Program-made: the position numbers and the translations under genes
Notes under the pieces: model-generated
Told to the model about the DNA's origin: nothing
Databases searched by the model: none
Seen by the model: the letters and a program-made list of their open reading frames with translations, nothing else
From: Callorhinchus milii
Taxonomy: Eukaryota
Assembly (NCBI RefSeq): GCF_018977255.1
Contig: NW_024704743.1
Location: 1 to 64,000, forward strand
Reading direction: 5' to 3'
DNA: 64,000 nucleotides
Shown: piece after piece, positions 49,546-61,672 of the stretch
How the letters are laid out: every line of letters starts with the position of its first letter
Numbering within the stretch: the stretch's first letter is position 1

Positions 49546-52500
49546 CTGGACAGACGCAGCACAAATTCTGATTGAGTTACGTGATACTGAGTGTTGGGGG
49601 GTGAGGGGGGAGGGGGGGGGAAGAAAAGAGGAGGAGTGGGGTGGGGGGGAAATGGGGGAATTTGGGTTTTTACACTGCTACCCCTCGTTCTATCCGAGAA
49701 AGAGAGAAACATTCATCCTCGTGTTTGAATCGGGTGTTCGAGACTTCTCAAAACCTTTCGGCCATACAGAGTCATACACAGTCAACTCACTTTTTACAGT
49801 GTATCCTGTGAAGCGCTGTGAGACGTCTCGAAGACGTGATAAGGCGCTGTATCGCTCGCAAGGATTACTATTACATTCCAAAGCACTGCGCCCAGAATAT
49901 ACTGTAAAGTATAGAGTAAAGAGAAGGTGGTTTCTCTCTCCCAGACAATAACCACTCCACCGCCCCCTTCCCCGCACCCATCGATAAAACCAGTCGCTCA
50001 CTTCGCGGTTGTTTCCGATCACGACTGAAGACCTTTCCTCTTCGAACGTGCTTACGGTCACCTGCTCCCTCTCCCCACCTCGCAAGCCGGAGGACCCGGG
50101 TTCGATTCCCGGGCGGGGCGAAACCTTAGGCACGTTTCCTTACTCCGCACACCTCTGTTTAACCCAGCGGTCAGTAGGAACCCGGCTGTTGGTCGATTGG
50201 CGATCCCTTCCAAAAAAAAAAATGCGGTCACTCAATCCGCAACTGTCTGTGGGACACTGCTCCCAAAACACACAGTCACTACACTTTGCTGTATGTTCTT
50301 GAGACGTCTCGACGATGTGAGAAGGAGCTTTTTTCAAAGGCAAGGATTATTATTGTTATTCGGGACACCTTCACGATGTGATGAGGCGCTACATCCAATC
50401 GTAATAATCCTTGCGTTTGAGATATCTTCGAGACGTCTCAAAGCGCTTCACAGAATATACTGCAAAGTGTAATGACTGTGTATGTTGGGGGCTAAACGGG
50501 GCGGACCACTGCGCACAGCAGTGACCCACGAACAGTCGTGGATTGAGTGACCAAGCTACTGTAATTTTAATTTTACTTTCGAAGGAGTTATTACCCCCGG
50601 AAAAGCTTAACGGTGGGAGGGGGTGACTGCCGGGTCGAAGAGGAAGGTCTTCAGGGGGCGACCTGAAGATGGGGAAGGAGGAGGGAGGAGTGGGGGGCGA
50701 GGGGGGTGGGGGGGGGGGGGGGGGGGCGACGAGAGTCGAATCGAACCCGAATCCTCTCGCCTGCCCAGACGAGGACGGACGAGCGATGAAGAGGTTAACG
50801 TGGCGGGTGAGGAATGCGAGAGCGCGAGCGGGCGAGAGAGAGCGAGAGAGAGAGGGCGAGAGAGAGAGAGAGCGAGCGAGGAGGAAGAGCAAAGTCCATG
50901 ACTCACGGGGTTGTGAGTCGAGTCTGGAAAATTCCGTCACATTTCATCTTTCTTCCGATGACTCAGTAGAAAATCCCAGCAAAACACGCCGGGGGTGAAG
51001 GTCGCGCTCGCTGACACCCGGCCCAGCGTGAGGGAACGTGGGAGAGAGGAGAGCTGCGAATAAACAACTGGAACTTTTTCGAAGTCTATAAAACTCCCTC
51101 CGCGCTGCCGCTCCCAACAGCAACTTACTCCCCCCCCCACCCCACCCCACCCCGCCCCACCGCCCGCCCCACCATCGCCCCGGCCCTCCGCGCCATCGGC
51201 GGTCGAGCCCTCAGAGAGACCTCTCTGCCACCCCGCCCTTTGGAAGTCCATCCCGTAGTTCACTTCGCCTCCCTCCCTCCATTCGAGGCACGTCTCACAA
51301 CCCTCCTCTTCAACCGCGCTTTCGGACACCCTCCTTACCCCCACAACCCCCCCCCCCCCACCCCACACTCCCTGCCCGCCATCCCCTCCTGATCCCCACA
51401 ACCAGTCCGGGTCCAAATCCCTGAAGGGTGGCACCCTCAACAATGCAGTGCTCTCTCTGCCCCCCCGCTCTCTCTCTCTCCCCACCCCCCCAACCCCCGG
51501 ATTGTGAGCTCAGATGTGGGGCTCGAACCCCAACCTCCCGAGCCTTCCGAGATACCTGTCGACAGAACGGAAATAGGCCACACAGCTCACGGGAGCTCTG
51601 TACTCTACCCTGTTCTCTCTCCCCATCGTGTCTGTGCTGGTGCTCGTTCCCCCATCGGGGCTCTCCACTCTAACCCCAGGTCCAGCAGACCGAGTATGAC
51701 TGGCCTCAGGAGGAATAATAGGTGACAACCACAACAACTTGCATTTACACAGCACCCTTCATACTGGCTGGTGCCTCAGAGCGCTTAACAGTGGCAACGC
51801 CTGATACCGAGCCGGGGGGTGGGGGGGGGGGGGAACCGTGAGCACGGTCGAAGAGGAAGGTCCTCAGGCGCGATCTAAAAGAGGGGAAGGAGGCGGGCGG
51901 GGCGGAGGGATCGAGGAAGAGAGTTTCGGGGCGTAGTGGCTGAAAGCACAACCGCCAACGGTGGAGCGGAGGGAACGAGGGACAAACCGCACGAGGAGGC
52001 GGTGAGAGCGGCCGTGTGGGGGAGTAAGGAGGTCGGAGAGGTACGGGAGGCACCAGGGACTTGTAGACGAGTGTGAGAATCTTGAAGTTGATGGAAATGG
52101 GCGGTGGGGCGGGTGGTGGGGGGGGGGGTTTGCAGGGGGGAGCGGAGAGGAAGTGGTCTATAAAGGGGAAATATGGGCCTCCAAAATAGAAAAACATGCG
52201 TGAGGCCAGACTGGGGAAACCTGACCGGTTTAGCTTTCCCCTACGTTAGACTCTGAGGATCACTCGCCTGTCTAACAGCACCTCCGATAGTCACCACCGT
52301 CGTTATTGGGGTTTGTTTTTTTTTTGCTCAGCTGAGTGTCTGACACACGCGGAAACCCATCGCCGTTGCTTAAGAGTCTCCAAACCAAGCCGAGAATTCC
52401 ACGCCTTCCCCCCACCCCCCCCCCGACCCCCACCACCCCCCCCCCGCGTGGAAATTCCAGAGCTAGGAATGCGCACTCTCTCTCCTGCTCACCTAATTCC

Positions 52501-54296
52501 GGAGAGTATTAGGCGCAGGTTGGCAAGAGACGAGGCTTGAGGGGGAGCCCAGAGTGTGCGTTGGGGGTAACTGCTGGAGTCCAACCAGCCAAACCCACGC
52601 ACAGCTCGGCCATCGAGAGCGCTGTCTGGCCAAGCTTTCCCGCCGCTTGTCCACTAGGACCCCCCCTCCCCGTTGGGGCATTGGCTTGTAGGGCTAACAG
52701 GGACGCTTCCTTCAAAAAAAATAATAATAATTTGGTCACTCACTCCACGAATACTTGTGGGCTCACTGCTGTGCGCAATTGGCTGCCACGTTCCGCCCCC
52801 AAAACACGCAGTCACTGCCCTCGACAGTAGATCCCGTGGAGCGCTTTGAGACGTCTCGAAGACTTGATGAGGCGCTGCAACATTGTTAGTGTTATTATCA
52901 GAGAGAGAGAGATATGTGGGAATAGAGAATGGAGTTTCAGTGGTTCTCTCGTGTTTGGTATTATTTTTCTTCTCCACACGCCTCCATTCCCTCCCCTCCC
53001 CTCCCTGGTCACGTCAGGACACGTCTTGTTTTTCTACTTAACCAGAAAAGCTCAAGAGCCCGGTAACACCTTGTAACTCGCCTCCGAAACCTGCTAATGA
53101 TATTAACTCTACTCGTATAATCTTCCTTCCTGCTCAATCTCCTGCGCTCCTACTCTTTCTCTCTCTCTGGGCCTCTCCCCCCCCCCTCCCTCCCCTCACC
53201 CTTCCTGCTCCGCACCAGGCTCCGTGATCCCTATCACCCCACCCTCGTCATCGCCTTCAAAGCCCCTCCACGGCCTTGCTCCTCGCTACCTCTGTGACCT
53301 GCTAAGACCATATCGACCTGTCCGCTCCCTCTACTCAGTGGGCTCCAGCCTACTCCACATCCCCCGACCAGCCCCACCACCATCAGCAGTCGGACCTTCA
53401 GCCTCTCTGCCCAAACCTTTTGGAACTCCATCCCACCTCTTCGCCTCACCCTCCTCCGTCTCAAGACCCTCCTCTTCGACCATGCCTTCTCTCCCCTACC
53501 CTCCCTGCCCTCCAACCCTTCGGATCCCAACCCCCAGCTCGGGTCCAAATCCCTGACTGTCCAGCGCATTGGGACGTCCTCCCGATGGGAAAGGTAAACG
53601 TCATGTGTTGTTGCTGCTCCCAAGTTGTCCACCTCACGATTGGTGGGTGAGGTTTCCCTCTCTGACACACGCGCCCCAAATCCCTCCAAACTCGCTCCCT
53701 CTCTTCAAATCCCACCCGAGAACGTACCTCGTTGATGGTGCCTTCAGTCCCCCACCCCCTCTCCCAGCTCAGGATACCATTCCGTCTCTATCAAGAGCTT
53801 TGCGGTGTTTAATAAAAATAACACCTTGCAAATCGATTCTGCGTCTTATCGGTTGAAACCTCTCGAAGCACCTCACGGGCAGTTGAGTGTAGTTTGACTT
53901 TCTGACGACAATAGTTCTCGCATTTGACACAGCGCCTCATCACGTCTTCGAGACGTCTCAAAAGAGCTTCGCGGGATATGCCGTGAAGTGAATCGACTGT
54001 GTATTTTGTCCCGCACTGAGTGAGTGAATGAGCGATTTTATTTGGGGAGGGGGTGGGGGGGCAATTGTTGCCCGGGACACTGGGAGAGAGAGAAAAACTC
54101 GCTTCTCTTTTTGAGTAGTGCGATGGGATCTTTAACGTCCCGAACAGGCAGACCTGGGTCTAACATCTCATCCAAAGGACTGACAACACAACACAAACAC
54201 CAACTACACTGGAGCATCAGCCCAGACTACATAAGATCAGCGTAGGGGCTCAAACCTGACTTGGAAACAAGAGTGTTACCAACTGAGCCTGGCTGA

Positions 54297-54693
54297 TAAT
54301 AAATAATACTAATCCCTGCATTCGATATAGCGCCTTATCCCGTCTTCGAGACGTCTCAAAAGTTCTTCACAGGACACGCGGTAAAGCGGAGTGACAGTGT
54401 GTTTTGTGGGCGAAAACGCGGCAGCCAATTGAGCGCAGTAGCGTCCCCACAAGCAACCGTGGGTTGAGTGACCAAATTATTTACTTGGATGGGATTATTA
54501 CCCCCCCCCCCCACCCCGGCAAAGCAATCCATCAATCAACTAACAACCGGGTTCCGACTTGCTTCCAGGTAAACAGAGGTTTGTGGAGGCAGGAAACTTG
54601 CCGAAGGTTTCGCCCCGTCCCGCCCGGGATATCGAACGCGGGTCCTCTCGCTTGCGAGGCGAGCGTTCTCACCACTACGCTTCCGAGACTCCA
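54297..54693 (-). mobile_element. Full-length family-A tRNA-SINE
   Basis: Same head/body/tail order as 30852-31228. Confidence 0.88.
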
Positions 54694-56126
54694 CGAATGG
54701 ACCCGTCTGTGGTTTCGGGATAGACCCGTGAGTTCAGTGCGAGTGCCTCGGTAGGGGAGCCGGGCCGGGCCGAGCGGCTGTACTGTAATTCCTCGCGCGG
54801 GAAAAACAACAAGTGGAGGGATAGACGCAACAGGAAAAATGAGCGAGTTTGGAAGCCGCCGACTGCCTGGCGCACAGCTGCTGCCGTGCCGTGCCGTGCC
54901 GGGCCGGGCCAGGGGAGGGTAAGCAGCTCGACCACGGGTTGCGAGAGGAACAGGCGGTCTCACTGAAGTCACCGCAAATTGGACTCGAAACGGGAAGCCA
55001 GACATTGCCCCCCGTGGCTTTAACCGTAACCTCAGCCTCTGGTACCGCAGCCGAGAGGCTCACTCCGAGCGAGGGACGGAGGGAGCGAGGGAGGGAGGGA
55101 GGGAGGGAGAGCAAGTGTGTTTTTGTTTTGTTCCATGGAAAAACATATTTTCTCAAAAGACAGGCAAACCCAGTGATACGCAGACAGACAGAGACAGACA
55201 GACACACACACACAGTCTCACGCGCACAGAGTTGGCATTTGTCAAATCAGATTCTTGGTACAACTAAAATACGTTGTGATTTATGATTTTACCCCCAAGC
55301 GTCTCCGGTACCAATAGCAATCCTTGCCCCCCCCCACCCCCCCACCCCCGGTTTGTCGACCGCTTGCGTTTACGTCGCTGAGAGATTAGAATAATAAGCC
55401 TCGCGTTGAATATAGCGCTTTATCGCATCGTCCACCCGTCTCAAAGCGCCTCACTGGCACGTACTGTAAAACGTAGTGACTGTGTATTTTTAAGGGCGCA
55501 ACACGGCTGCCAATATCACTATTGTTCGGTCAGGATGTCAGTGGAAACAGGACAGGTAATTGGAGTTGAGGTACAGATCAGCCGTGATCTAATAGATCGG
55601 CGGGAACCGGCTCGAGGGGCTGAATGTCCTCCTCCTGTTTCGATGTTTCTACTTGCAGCTGCGACCCCAAAAACAGCAGTCGATTGAGTGACCAATTTTT
55701 TTCTTTATGGGTTGGGGGGGAAGAGGGGAATTATTACCCCCGGAAAGCGATCTGCCAGTTGACTAACAACCCACTTACTGCTCGGTAAAGAGACGTGCGC
55801 GCGTGCGCGTGTGCGCGGGCGGAGTAAGGAAACTTGCCCCAGGTTCCGCCGTACCCGGTGATCGAACCCTGAGTCCTCTGACTCGCGCGGCGAGCGCTCT
55901 GACCACGAGGCTACGGGACTCCGCGCTGACGGCCCGACGTGAAAGGCGTTGCATCAATTTCGTGCGAGAAATGAAACGGGAAGTGACCGAAACAGAGCAG
56001 CGAGCGGAGTTTAATGTAAAACCGTAGTGTAACGAGACAAGCATATCAGCGGGCCGGTCGTTAACCCCCCGGGGGAAAAAAACAGCCATTAAAGACCCCC
56101 AAATGTCACATAACATAACCCCCCAC

Positions 56127-56199
56127 CCCAACAATATCAGCAAGCAATTGCTGTGGATAATTGTGTAGCGACTCTGTATTTTGGAGGCAAACGCGACAG
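56127..56199 (-). CDS. Candidate unknown gene, exon E2 ((S)CRVCLQNTESLHNYPQQLLADIVG; phase 2 to 0)
   Basis: CCCTAAC branch-point-like motif followed by the first downstream AG at 56201-56200; donor GGG|GTGGGG. The pyrimidine tract is weak; phases bridge E1 and E3. Confidence 0.35.
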
Positions 56200-57004
56200 C
56201 TATTTTATGTATTGACATGAATGAGTAATTCGTTAGGGAAAGGGGTGGAGTTGGGGGGGGAAAATGGGGCGAATTGGTGACCAGGATACCGGGAGAGAGA
56301 AAACTCCCTTCTCTTTTCCCGACAGCACCTCAGGAGGTCTTTAACGTCCACCTGAACAGGGCACGGAGTGGGGGGTGAGGGATGGGGGGTGGGTGGGGAG
56401 TGAGGTTTAACGTCTCGTCTGAAGGAAGGGAACTCCAACCTCAATCTCCTGACTCAAAGGAAGGGACGCGAGTGATCGGACCGATGGGGCTGACAATTTT
56501 ATCAGATTGGCCCCCGGAAAGCGATCCGCCAATCGCCGAACGACCGGCTTCCTACCTACTGCTCGGGCGGGTCAGGAAACCTGCCCGAGGTTTCGCCCTG
56601 ACCCGCCCGGGGATGGAACCGCTCGCTAACCACCGCGCAACGGGACTCCAAATGCGCGAAACATTTGATTTGACACCCTATCGCCCCACCACCCGCCCTC
56701 GCCCGGCTCCACTGACCACCCCGTCCCCCCCCCCCGTCCCCCCAGAGGATAGAGTTCAAAATCCACGTCCTTCGAAAGTAACGTGACGGCGGGTGGGGGG
56801 GCGATAACCGTTGGGAGGTTAAACCGGCTGAAGCCGCACAGCTTGCCATCGAGTCACGCCAGCCACGGCCACTCTAACCGTTAAGGGGGTTTGGTTGACA
56901 AACAGTCAACACGATCGCCACGCGGCAGCCGGGCACGTAAGTGTCCCTGCACGCCCAGCACTGGCCACTGGGAGGCGCTCTGTCCTCATCAACCGGAGCC
57001 TCAC

Positions 57005-57084
57005 CTCCACTCGTGTGGGCGAAAGGCCAGTTGGAAGCGCTGGAAGCGCTGGCCTCCCCCGACCCAGTTATTGCACAATTCCAT
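57005..57084 (-). CDS. Candidate unknown gene, exon E1 (ATG; MELCNNWVGGGQRFQRFQLAFRPHEW + 2 nt)
   Basis: ctaATGG start context and strong donor GAG|GTGAGG (57004-57003). An in-frame pyrimidine-rich acceptor lies upstream at 57135-57134. Unique sequence. Confidence 0.45.
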
Positions 57085-57163
57085 TAGATTATAAAGCACA
57101 TCGTTGAATGTCTTCAGTCGAAAGGTAAGAACACTTGAAAACAAAAAACATTTGCGGGGCTAT

Positions 57164-57405
57164 GGGGTAAGAGCGGGGGGAGTGGGGACTGGTTGGGGTA
57201 AGAGCGGGGGAGTGGGGACTAGTTGGGGTAGAGGCGGGGGAGTGGGGACTAGTTGGGGTAAGAGCGGGGGAGTGGGGACTGGTTGGGGTAAGAGCGGGAG
57301 AGTGGGGACTAGTTGGGGTAAGAGCGGGGGAGTGGGGACTAGTTGGGGTAAGAGCGGGGAGTGGGGACTGGTTGGGGTAAGAGCGGGGGGAGTGGGGACT
57401 AGTTG
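57164..57405. repeat. 30-bp G-rich minisatellite, about 8 units
   Basis: Unit GGGGTAAGAGCGGGGGAGTGGGGACTAGTT. Confidence 0.95.
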
Positions 57406-58289
57406 GTAGCCCTTTCAGAGCCGGCACAGGCACATTGGGCCGAATGGCCTCCTTCTGCGCTGTAACCCGTCTGCTCCAAATCCAGGTCCAAATCCCGACT
57501 GTCCAGCGCCTCGGGACGTCCCTCCTGACGTGAAAGGATCTGCGGAGGTGTCATTTGTGGGGGTTGAAATGTTCTATGAATAACCGTAGTCCCCAACGAG
57601 GTTTAGCTGTGGGTGAGAGGTGGCGCACAAAGTGTGGGCGGTGTGTATAACAGTCTCGGTGTACGCGTGCGGGCGCGCGTATCTGCGCGTGCGTGCGTGC
57701 GTGCGCGCGCGTGCGTTTGGCGGTGTGGACAGCCTACCCCACACCTCCTGAGTCCACCATCAACAATATTGATCATCGCCGTCATCAGAATAATAATAAT
57801 AATCCTCGCATTTGACACGACCTCAGCGAGCGAGTAGCAAACGTGACGGAACGGGCTCCCGAGCGAGACAGGCGGTGGAGGCGGAAAACGGCATCGGCAC
57901 GAGGACAAACGGGACCGGTTTCTGCCGGAAAATAATATCGGGGGACACGGGATGTGGTTTGGGGCGCGACACCTCGAGCGACCGACAGCTGAAGTAATCC
58001 TACATTCATCACGTCATGTTCCCCCCCGGACCCCACCGCCCTTCATCACTCGCTCTCCCTCTCTCTTCGGCTCTCATTTCCCCCCACCCCGCTTCTCTCT
58101 CTCCCCCCCCCCCACCTCTCTCGCCCTCTCCCCCCCCTCTCTCTCTTCAGCCCACGTATATAAATTACAATTCCCACCCCTCCGCAAAAGTGTACGACGC
58201 GGGCTTCGAAGTCCGTGTCAGGATTTCGCCCCCAAAGAGTCTCAACGATCGAATGCCGACCGCAGAATCCTCCGGCCGGCAGCTTACGA

Positions 58290-58324
<35 letters not shown>

Positions 58325-58726
58325 CCCCACACATATTCGCCGCCCAAACATATCTTCACACGGTGACAGAGCGACTCTGTGACTGTCTCTCCGGCTCAAA
58401 CACAAGACACAAAGGCCTCATTGTTGTCAGTGTTGGGCAATACGTTGGCACAAAAGTGTAGGCGCCAAACCTCTTGTCATCTCTCTCGCTCTCCCTCCCC
58501 CCTCCTCTCTCTCTTCTCTCCCCCCCTTCTTCTCTCCCCCCTCTCTCTCTCCCCCTCTTCTCTCCCCCCCCTCCTCTCCCCCCCTCCTCTCTCTCCCCCA
58601 CTCCAAACTTTCTCCACTCTCTATCCCCCCCCCATTGCGCTCTCCCCACCTCTCTCCCCACCCTCTCTCTTTTGCTGCCCCCCCGTCTCTCTTTCTCTCT
58701 CTCTCTCTCTCCCCCCGCCATCTCCT

Positions 58727-58873
58727 CTACAGTAGTTTCCGGACTCTCCTGGTGTTGGTGTTGATTCGGGCCGTGGCTCGGTCAGTGGAGATTCCTATCA
58801 CGTCCAGGGTCTCGTCCTGACGTTCCAGCTCTGTCTCCGTGTCCAGGGCCAGACTTTTCAGCTTCCCGAGGAT
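58727..58873 (-). CDS. snap47: SNAP47 last coding exon (C-terminal SNARE motif)
   Basis: ctttcAG acceptor at 58875-58874; ILGKLKSLALDTETELERQDETLDVIGISTDRATARINTNTRRVRKLL-stop. Confidence 0.94.
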   Translation of the reverse strand: MLGKLKSLALDTETELERQDETLDVIGISTDRATARINTNTRRVRKLL

Positions 58874-59639
58874 CTGAAAGCGAGACCCGGAGAGATGCTC
58901 AGCTCGTTCCCACGGCAACGGGTCCCCAGCCCATCCCTAGCGCAACCGTCCCATCCCGTCCCCACGGCAGTGGGGTTTGACAAGGGCAAGGACTGGGGTA
59001 ATGGGATAACGGAGGTACGGAGTTTAGTCCGCGGCGGAGTTTTGAAGGGGAGACCGGCGAGGAGGGCGTTCGAGTCGTCGAGGCGGCAAAGGCGTGGACG
59101 AGTGTTTCAGCAGCTTTTAGAGTGAGATACGGAGGGAGGTGGGCAACGTGGAGGAAAATGGTCCGGACGTGAGGTAGGAAGGGAAGCCGGGGATGGTACC
59201 CAAGGTTTCGCTCTGCCCTGCCTGGGAATCGAACCCGGGTCCTCCGGCTTGCGAGGCGAGCGCTCGAACCACCCCAGGCTACAGGACCCGGCAATGACGG
59301 GTTGGAATGTTACCCCCCCCCCCTCCTCCTCCGGGGGTGAGGGGATGGAGACAGGTGTTGTCGGGGCTGTGAGCAGGCAGTGCTTCTGGGCAGACACGCT
59401 GAAAACTGACTGGGAGGTGGAAGGAAAGAGAAAATTGCTTCATTGACAGCTGTGGGCAGCAGCTGTACAATCTCTGACACAGCCCGTGGCACGGACTCAG
59501 GTTAGTAACTGTGAGGAAAAACTGAGTCTGGTCCCAGCGTCAGGGAATGAAAGGGTCAGTGTTTTGGGGAACGAGCCGGGCACGGTCTCTGGTGCCCTCT
59601 GTTGCTCACTCCCGGATTCACTGCTGGAGACAACACCTG

Positions 59640-59693
59640 CGAGAGAGAGAGAGAGATGGAGAGAGACAGAGAGGGAGACACACGGACAGAGAG

Positions 59694-59728
<35 letters not shown>

Positions 59729-59814
59729 CAGAGAGGGAGACACACAGACAGAGAGAGCGAGAGAGAGAGAGAGAGATAGAGATACAGAGAGGGAGACACA
59801 CGGACAGAGAGAGC

Positions 59815-59847
<33 letters not shown>

Positions 59848-60445
59848 GGAGACACACAGACAGAGAGAGCGAGAGAGAGAGACAGAGTGAGACAGAGAGG
59901 GAGACACACAGACAGACAGAGAGAGCGAGAGAGACAGAGCGAGACAGAGAGGGAGACACACAGACAGAGAGAGCGAGAGAGAGAGACAGAGCGAGACAGA
60001 GAGGGAGACACACAGACAGAGAGAGCGAGAGAGAGAGACAGAGCGAGACAGAGAGGGAGACACACAGACAGAGAGAGCGAGAGAGAGACAGAGTGAGACA
60101 GAGAGGGAGACACACAGACAGAGAGAGCGAGAGACAGAGACAGAGCGAGACAGAGAGGGAGACACACAGACAGAGAGAGCGAGTGAGAGACAGAGCGAGA
60201 CAGAGAGGGAGACACACAGACAGAGAGAGCGAGAGAGAGAGATACAGAGAGGGAGACACACAGACAGAAAGAGCGAGAGAGAGAGAGACAGAGCGAGACA
60301 GAGAGGGAGACACACAGACAGAGAGAGCGAGAGAGAGAGTAAGAGAGAGGGAAAAAGAGAGGGAGACACACGGACAGAGAAAGAGAGACAGAGACACACA
60401 TACACACACAGAGCCAGAGAGAGAGAGAGAGACACACACACAGAA

Positions 60446-60476
<31 letters not shown>

Positions 60477-60580
60477 GAGGAGAGTCAGAGAAAGAGAAAA
60501 CTCAGCGAGTGAGAGAGACTCAGAGCGAGAGAGAGAGAGAGAAAGAAAGAGAGAGAAAGACAGAGAGAGAAAGACAGAGA
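59640..60580. repeat. GA-rich minisatellite (~46-50 bp unit) in the last snap47 intron
   Basis: Unit GAGACAGAGAGGGAGACACACAGACAGAGAGAGCGAGAGAGAGAGACAGAGC. Confidence 0.9.
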
Positions 60581-60689
60581 ACCAGCACGAAAAAGGGGTG
60601 AGGGGAGGGCTCGGCATCAGCCTCCGCCACTGTTAAACGCTCCGAGACTCTGCCCCCCCCCCCGCAAGTTGCTGAAATTTAAGAGTGAA

Positions 60690-61140
60690 TCCGGGAGATT
60701 ATTTTAAAACAATAAAGGGTTCTGATAGGGGAGGCTACGGAGAAACTATTCCCTCCGATGGTATGGTGGTGGTGGTGATGGTGGTGGTGGTGGTGGTGGT
60801 GGTGGTGGGGGGGGAGCGGGGGGGGGGTCGCGGCGGGAATCGAGAACAAGGGGCATCATCCAAAAATCAAAGCCCGGCCATTTAGGAGCGAAATCGGAGG
60901 CGGTTTTTCACCCAAAGGGTTCGTGGAAATCTGGAACTCTTCCCCCCCCCACCCCCCCCCCCCCCAAATGCCTGTGGGCACTGAATCCATTCACATCGTC
61001 AAGACTGAGGTGGATTAGATGCCAGGGACACCGGGCAAAGGTGGGTAATCGGAGCTGAAGTACGGATTAGCCGTGATTTAATACGGTGACGGAACTGGCT
61101 CCAGGGGCTGAATGGCCTCCTCCTGTTCCTGTGTTTCTAG
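60690..61140 (+). mobile_element. CR1 LINE 3' end within a snap47 intron. Shorter CR1 tails at about 23850-23915, 29330-29550, 36460-36595, 55535-55650
   Basis: ...TTCACCCAAAGGG..GTGGAAATCTGGAACTCT...AGCCGTGAT...GGGGCTGAATGGCCTCCTCCTGTTCCT tail. Confidence 0.8.
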
Positions 61141-61197
61141 GGGAGGGCCTGCGGGTGTTAACGGACGCTCCCTCCCCTCACTCACTCACTCACTCAC

Positions 61198-61310
61198 CTG
61201 CCGGAGCTCGTGAACCTCGGACTCGGACACGCTCTGGGCCGTGACTTGCTGGAGCTGCCCCTCTCCGCTCGCTGTCCCGGGGTGCATCACCTTGTCCAGG
61301 AACCCGCTGG
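61198..61310 (-). CDS. snap47: SNAP47 third coding exon (113 nt, phase 1 to 0)
   Basis: cccactgcAG acceptor and CAG|GTGAGT donor; (A)SGFLDKVMHPGTASGEGQLQQVTAQSVSESEVHELRQ. Confidence 0.9.
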
Positions 61311-61672
61311 CTGCAGTGGGACACAAAAAGGTTTGGGGGGAATGGGGGGCATTCCCTGCTTATCCTGAACTGTCCCTCGCTCGTCTCCAGCCCCCCCCCC
61401 ACCCACCGCCCCTTCCCACCCCGGGCGCCCGATTGCGTCTCGAAGCGCTTCACAGGGTAATGTGGTGGTGGGGACTGTTTGTGGGCGGAGGGGGGTGTGG
61501 GGAAGGGAGACGTCGCATTCTCCGGGCGAAACGTTTCCGGGCCGAGCCGACCGCGCCCGGCGACGACGTTCCCCCCCAACTCCCCCCCCCACAGCGAACG
61601 CCCGTGGATCGAAGCCCACCCTCCCCCCAACCCCCCACCCCGACGTTACTTAAGAACCGTCGCCCGTCGCAC

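Noticed and set aside
50915..51053. Extra minus-strand exon (gcAG ... CCC|GTGAGT)
   Set aside because: All three frames contain a stop between the sites.
52245..52280. Hammerhead ribozyme (CTGAGGA inside a stem)
   Set aside because: No stem II followed by GAAA in the required order.
8845..58700. wnt9a exon 1 on the minus strand, or a PRSS38-like protease
   Set aside because: No signal-peptide exon ending in AYFG and no trypsin motifs found by eye; the gaps could hide sequence.
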